Source: Chara braunii
Taxonomy: Eukaryota; Plantae; Charophyceae
Direction: 5' to 3'
Assembly: GCA_003427395.1 (NCBI GenBank)
Contig: BFEA01000020.1
Coordinates: 1,625,588 to 1,689,587, forward strand
Length of the DNA stretch: 64,000 nt
Part shown: in pieces, positions 61,230 through 64,000 of the stretch
How positions within the stretch are numbered: position 1 is the stretch's first letter
How the letters are laid out: each line of letters opens with the position of its first letter
Notes under the pieces: model-generated
What the model saw: only the letters and a program-made list of their open reading frames with translations
Told to the model about the DNA's origin: nothing
Database searches by the model: none
Made by a program: the position numbers and the translations under genes

Positions 61230-64000
61230 GATCTAGATCTAAGATCGTTAAATGTGAATGGTCTTGCGTCTGCCAAACAGAGTAAAAGATAAGCAATTTA
61301 TGACCAATTAAAAAACATTAATGGTAAGGAGTGGCCAGATGTGATTTGTATCTAGGAAACTCACCTGATGGATTCTGATATGCACAACTACCTTCACAAA
61401 CAGTTATGGCCTCACCAAGCATATAGGGCTCATGCTATTACTCCACGGAGTTCGGGAGTGGCCATATGGAACCTCCCCAATCCAAAGCAGAGATTGCCTA
61501 TTCATTGGCAGATCAGGATCAAGGGAGATGGATCTATGTTCTAGCTATGCTTGAAATGGAAATTGTAGGGATTCTTTGTGTATATGGGCCTAATGAGGTA
61601 GGGGAAAGACAATTTTTTTTTGGAAATATCATTCCACGTTTGCTTGTTGGCATTCCCTTAATCATAGCTGAAGATTTTAATGCTGCCCCAGACCACCTCA
61701 TGGATAGATGGCAACCTCCCTCTCCATGTCTGGCATACATGACAATGGATGAAAGGACTATAGCAGACTTATGTCACTCTTTCAATTTCTTTGATTCCTA
61801 TAGGAGATTAAACCCATCATCAAAATCCTTCTCGTGCTTTAGGAAGGGTTGTGCTAATCATAATTTTAAATCTCGTATTGACTTGATCTTGGTGGCTGAG
61901 GAGCTGCAAGGGGCGCTCCAAATGGCAGAAATCTTCCCAAAAAGTCTTTTCCTAGGCCTCGATCATGCTATGTGTGTAGCAATTTTATCATTTAGGAAAA
62001 AACCTGACCAAGGAAAAAACTTTTATCATTTAAATACCTCCCATCTCAAGATAGATTGTTTCCTTCATTATCTTCGAGATGTTTGGAATTTTTGGAAAGA
62101 TCATAGGGATCGTCTTAGAGATGACATTAAATGGTTCAATAACGGTCTATCATTTTTAGGCCGTAAATGCAATGAATATTCTAAGTTATTAGCAAAGCAA
62201 AAACATGCGAAGGAAACTGATTTACAAAATAGAATTGCTAAATTACAAAGCAAGGAGGAAAATGAGGTTGATCAAGAGATACTTGATAATATATATGAGG
62301 AACTCAAATGTCTAGAGTCCCAGCTTTTGACCCAAATGGAATATAGATGGCAAGGACTAAGAATTAGGGGTAAACTCAAGATTCAGAATATGGAAGGCTC
62401 TATGGATGAGCGTTTCTTTGCTCTGGCTAGAGCCAGAACAGGAAGGACCATAATAGAGACTTTAGAGGATCCGACTGACTCTCATAAGGATTTGGTTACT
62501 TCGACTGCAACGTGCTCTAAAATTGTCAGGGACTTTTTCAAATCACTTTTCACTTCACAAAATAATCATATTCCTAAGGAACAACGTATACTAGAGATGG
62601 AAGAATTCCTATGGCCATTAAATAAATCTTTATCAGAAAAACAAAAGGAATTGATGGACAAACCTGTAGCAAAAGAAGAAATCTGGAAGACACTCTTATT
62701 GATGGAGAAAGATAAATCTCCGGGTATAGATGGATTCCCAAAAGAATTTTGGGAAGCAACGTGGGACTTTATGTATGAAGATCTTATGGATTTTTATAAG
62801 GCGGTATGAGAATCGGGTGAAATGGGAGAATTTGTAGAACAAGGGGTACTCACTTTATTGTATAAAAAAGGGGACAAGGCAAATATAAGAAATTATCGTC
62901 CTATAACCCTTTTGACTGTGGTTTACAAATTCATAGCAAAAGCATTGGCGGATCGGTTGACTGCAATAATTCCAGAAATCATTCACCCAATACCAAACAA
63001 GTTTTATTATAGGAATGAATATTCAAGATAATATTCTTCTTGTAAATAAGCTTCTTAAAATATCTCGTCAATCCAAGCATAATGCAATTTTCATTTTCAT
63101 TGATTTTGAGAAGGCATATGACCATGTTGATTAACTTTTTCTAGACAAATGTCTGGAAAAGATGAATTTTGAGCCAAATTTTAGAAGACGGGTGAGAATT
63201 ATGCATCAGAATGCAACAACAAGGGTAATGGTCAACAACAATGTAGCACCCCCATTCCACTAGAAAGATCAGTAAGACAAGGGGATCTGTTGGCTCCTTT
63301 CATTTTTGTTATAATTATGGAGGCATTGGCAGATTTGCGATACCATAAGGATATTAGAAGAATACAAATTACTAGCATACCAGAAGAGGCAATTCGAGTG
63401 TGCTCTCTATTTGCTGATGACCTATCCATTATGGTAGACGCAACTCAAGAGAATATGGAAGAAATTCATAAGTTGATGGAAATTTTTTTCCGCCTCTCGG
63501 ATATGAGAGCCAATTGGGGTAGTAAAACGACAGGCTGGTGGATACATCATCAAGGTGGTCGTCCTCCTGAATTACCAAGAATAAAGTGGTTGTCATTGGA
63601 TAACCCAATTAGGATATTAGGGATTTTCCTTTCTACTGAGGGCAGGCAAAAAAATCACAATGAATGGATCTCCCAACCTGCTCAGTCTAAAATAGAAATG
63701 TGGAAGAATAAACATACATCCATTTTTGGAAGAATAATAATCATTAATAATGTTATTCTAGCTTCTATATGGTACAAATCAGGAATCTGGTCCTTGGAAA
63801 AACGTTCTATTAAATCTCTCCAGAAACAACTATCCGTCTTTCTGTGGAGGGGCAATCATGAGTATAGTAATGTCATCAACAGAGTGGCATGACAATCTAT
63901 TATCCAACCAAAAGTTGGGGGGGGGGTGAAAATTCTTGATCCTCTGACACAAGTCAAGGCACTCTCAATCCAATGGTTGCAACGTCTTTTATTCAATCCT
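61230..64000 (+). pseudogene. LINE ORF2 (APE plus RT), decayed
   Basis: APE: LNVNGL, C.*ETH, VYGPN, EDFN, SRIDLIL and DH. RT: SPGIDG, NYRPITLL, FIDFEKAYD, RQGD and SLFADD. Confidence 0.95.

Larger units (their letters stand above)
56770..64000 (+). mobile_element. L1-clade LINE related to the element at 1-3650; runs off the window
   Basis: Long ORF1 region 56770-61088 and ORF2 from ~61230. The RT protein is closely similar to that of 143-1600 (QGVLTLLYKKGDK, SLFADDLS, GWWI.HQG.RP.ELPRIKW). Confidence 0.93.

Overview
This is a eukaryotic, almost entirely repeat-derived window. I recognise no host protein-coding gene, rRNA, intact tRNA or CRISPR locus. The element repertoire resembles a large streptophyte-algal genome such as Chara (inference only). 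From left to right it contains: the 3' half of a decayed L1-clade LINE; a near-complete decayed Ty3/Gypsy chromovirus (LTR-PBS-gag-PR-RT-RH-IN-chromodomain-LTR) with nested insertions; a second, unrelated large decayed Gypsy element with an extra 3' reading frame; an unassigned region with a hairpin array; a Penelope-like RT relic; satellites; a chromovirus 3' fragment with a hAT-type MITE; poly(A)-tailed modular non-coding elements; an internally deleted Gypsy element; and two further L1-clade LINEs. The most unusual structure is an array of seven hairpins at 26773-27498 with a conserved ~20-nt core and different but complementary flanking stems. Other notable observations are a 46-bp antisense piece of the chromovirus RNase H held inside a 22-bp inverted repeat (15674-15782), and a 3' stem-loop with a compensatory base pair shared by the first LINE and two non-coding poly(A) elements. 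All alignments were made by eye, and element boundaries are approximate unless stated.
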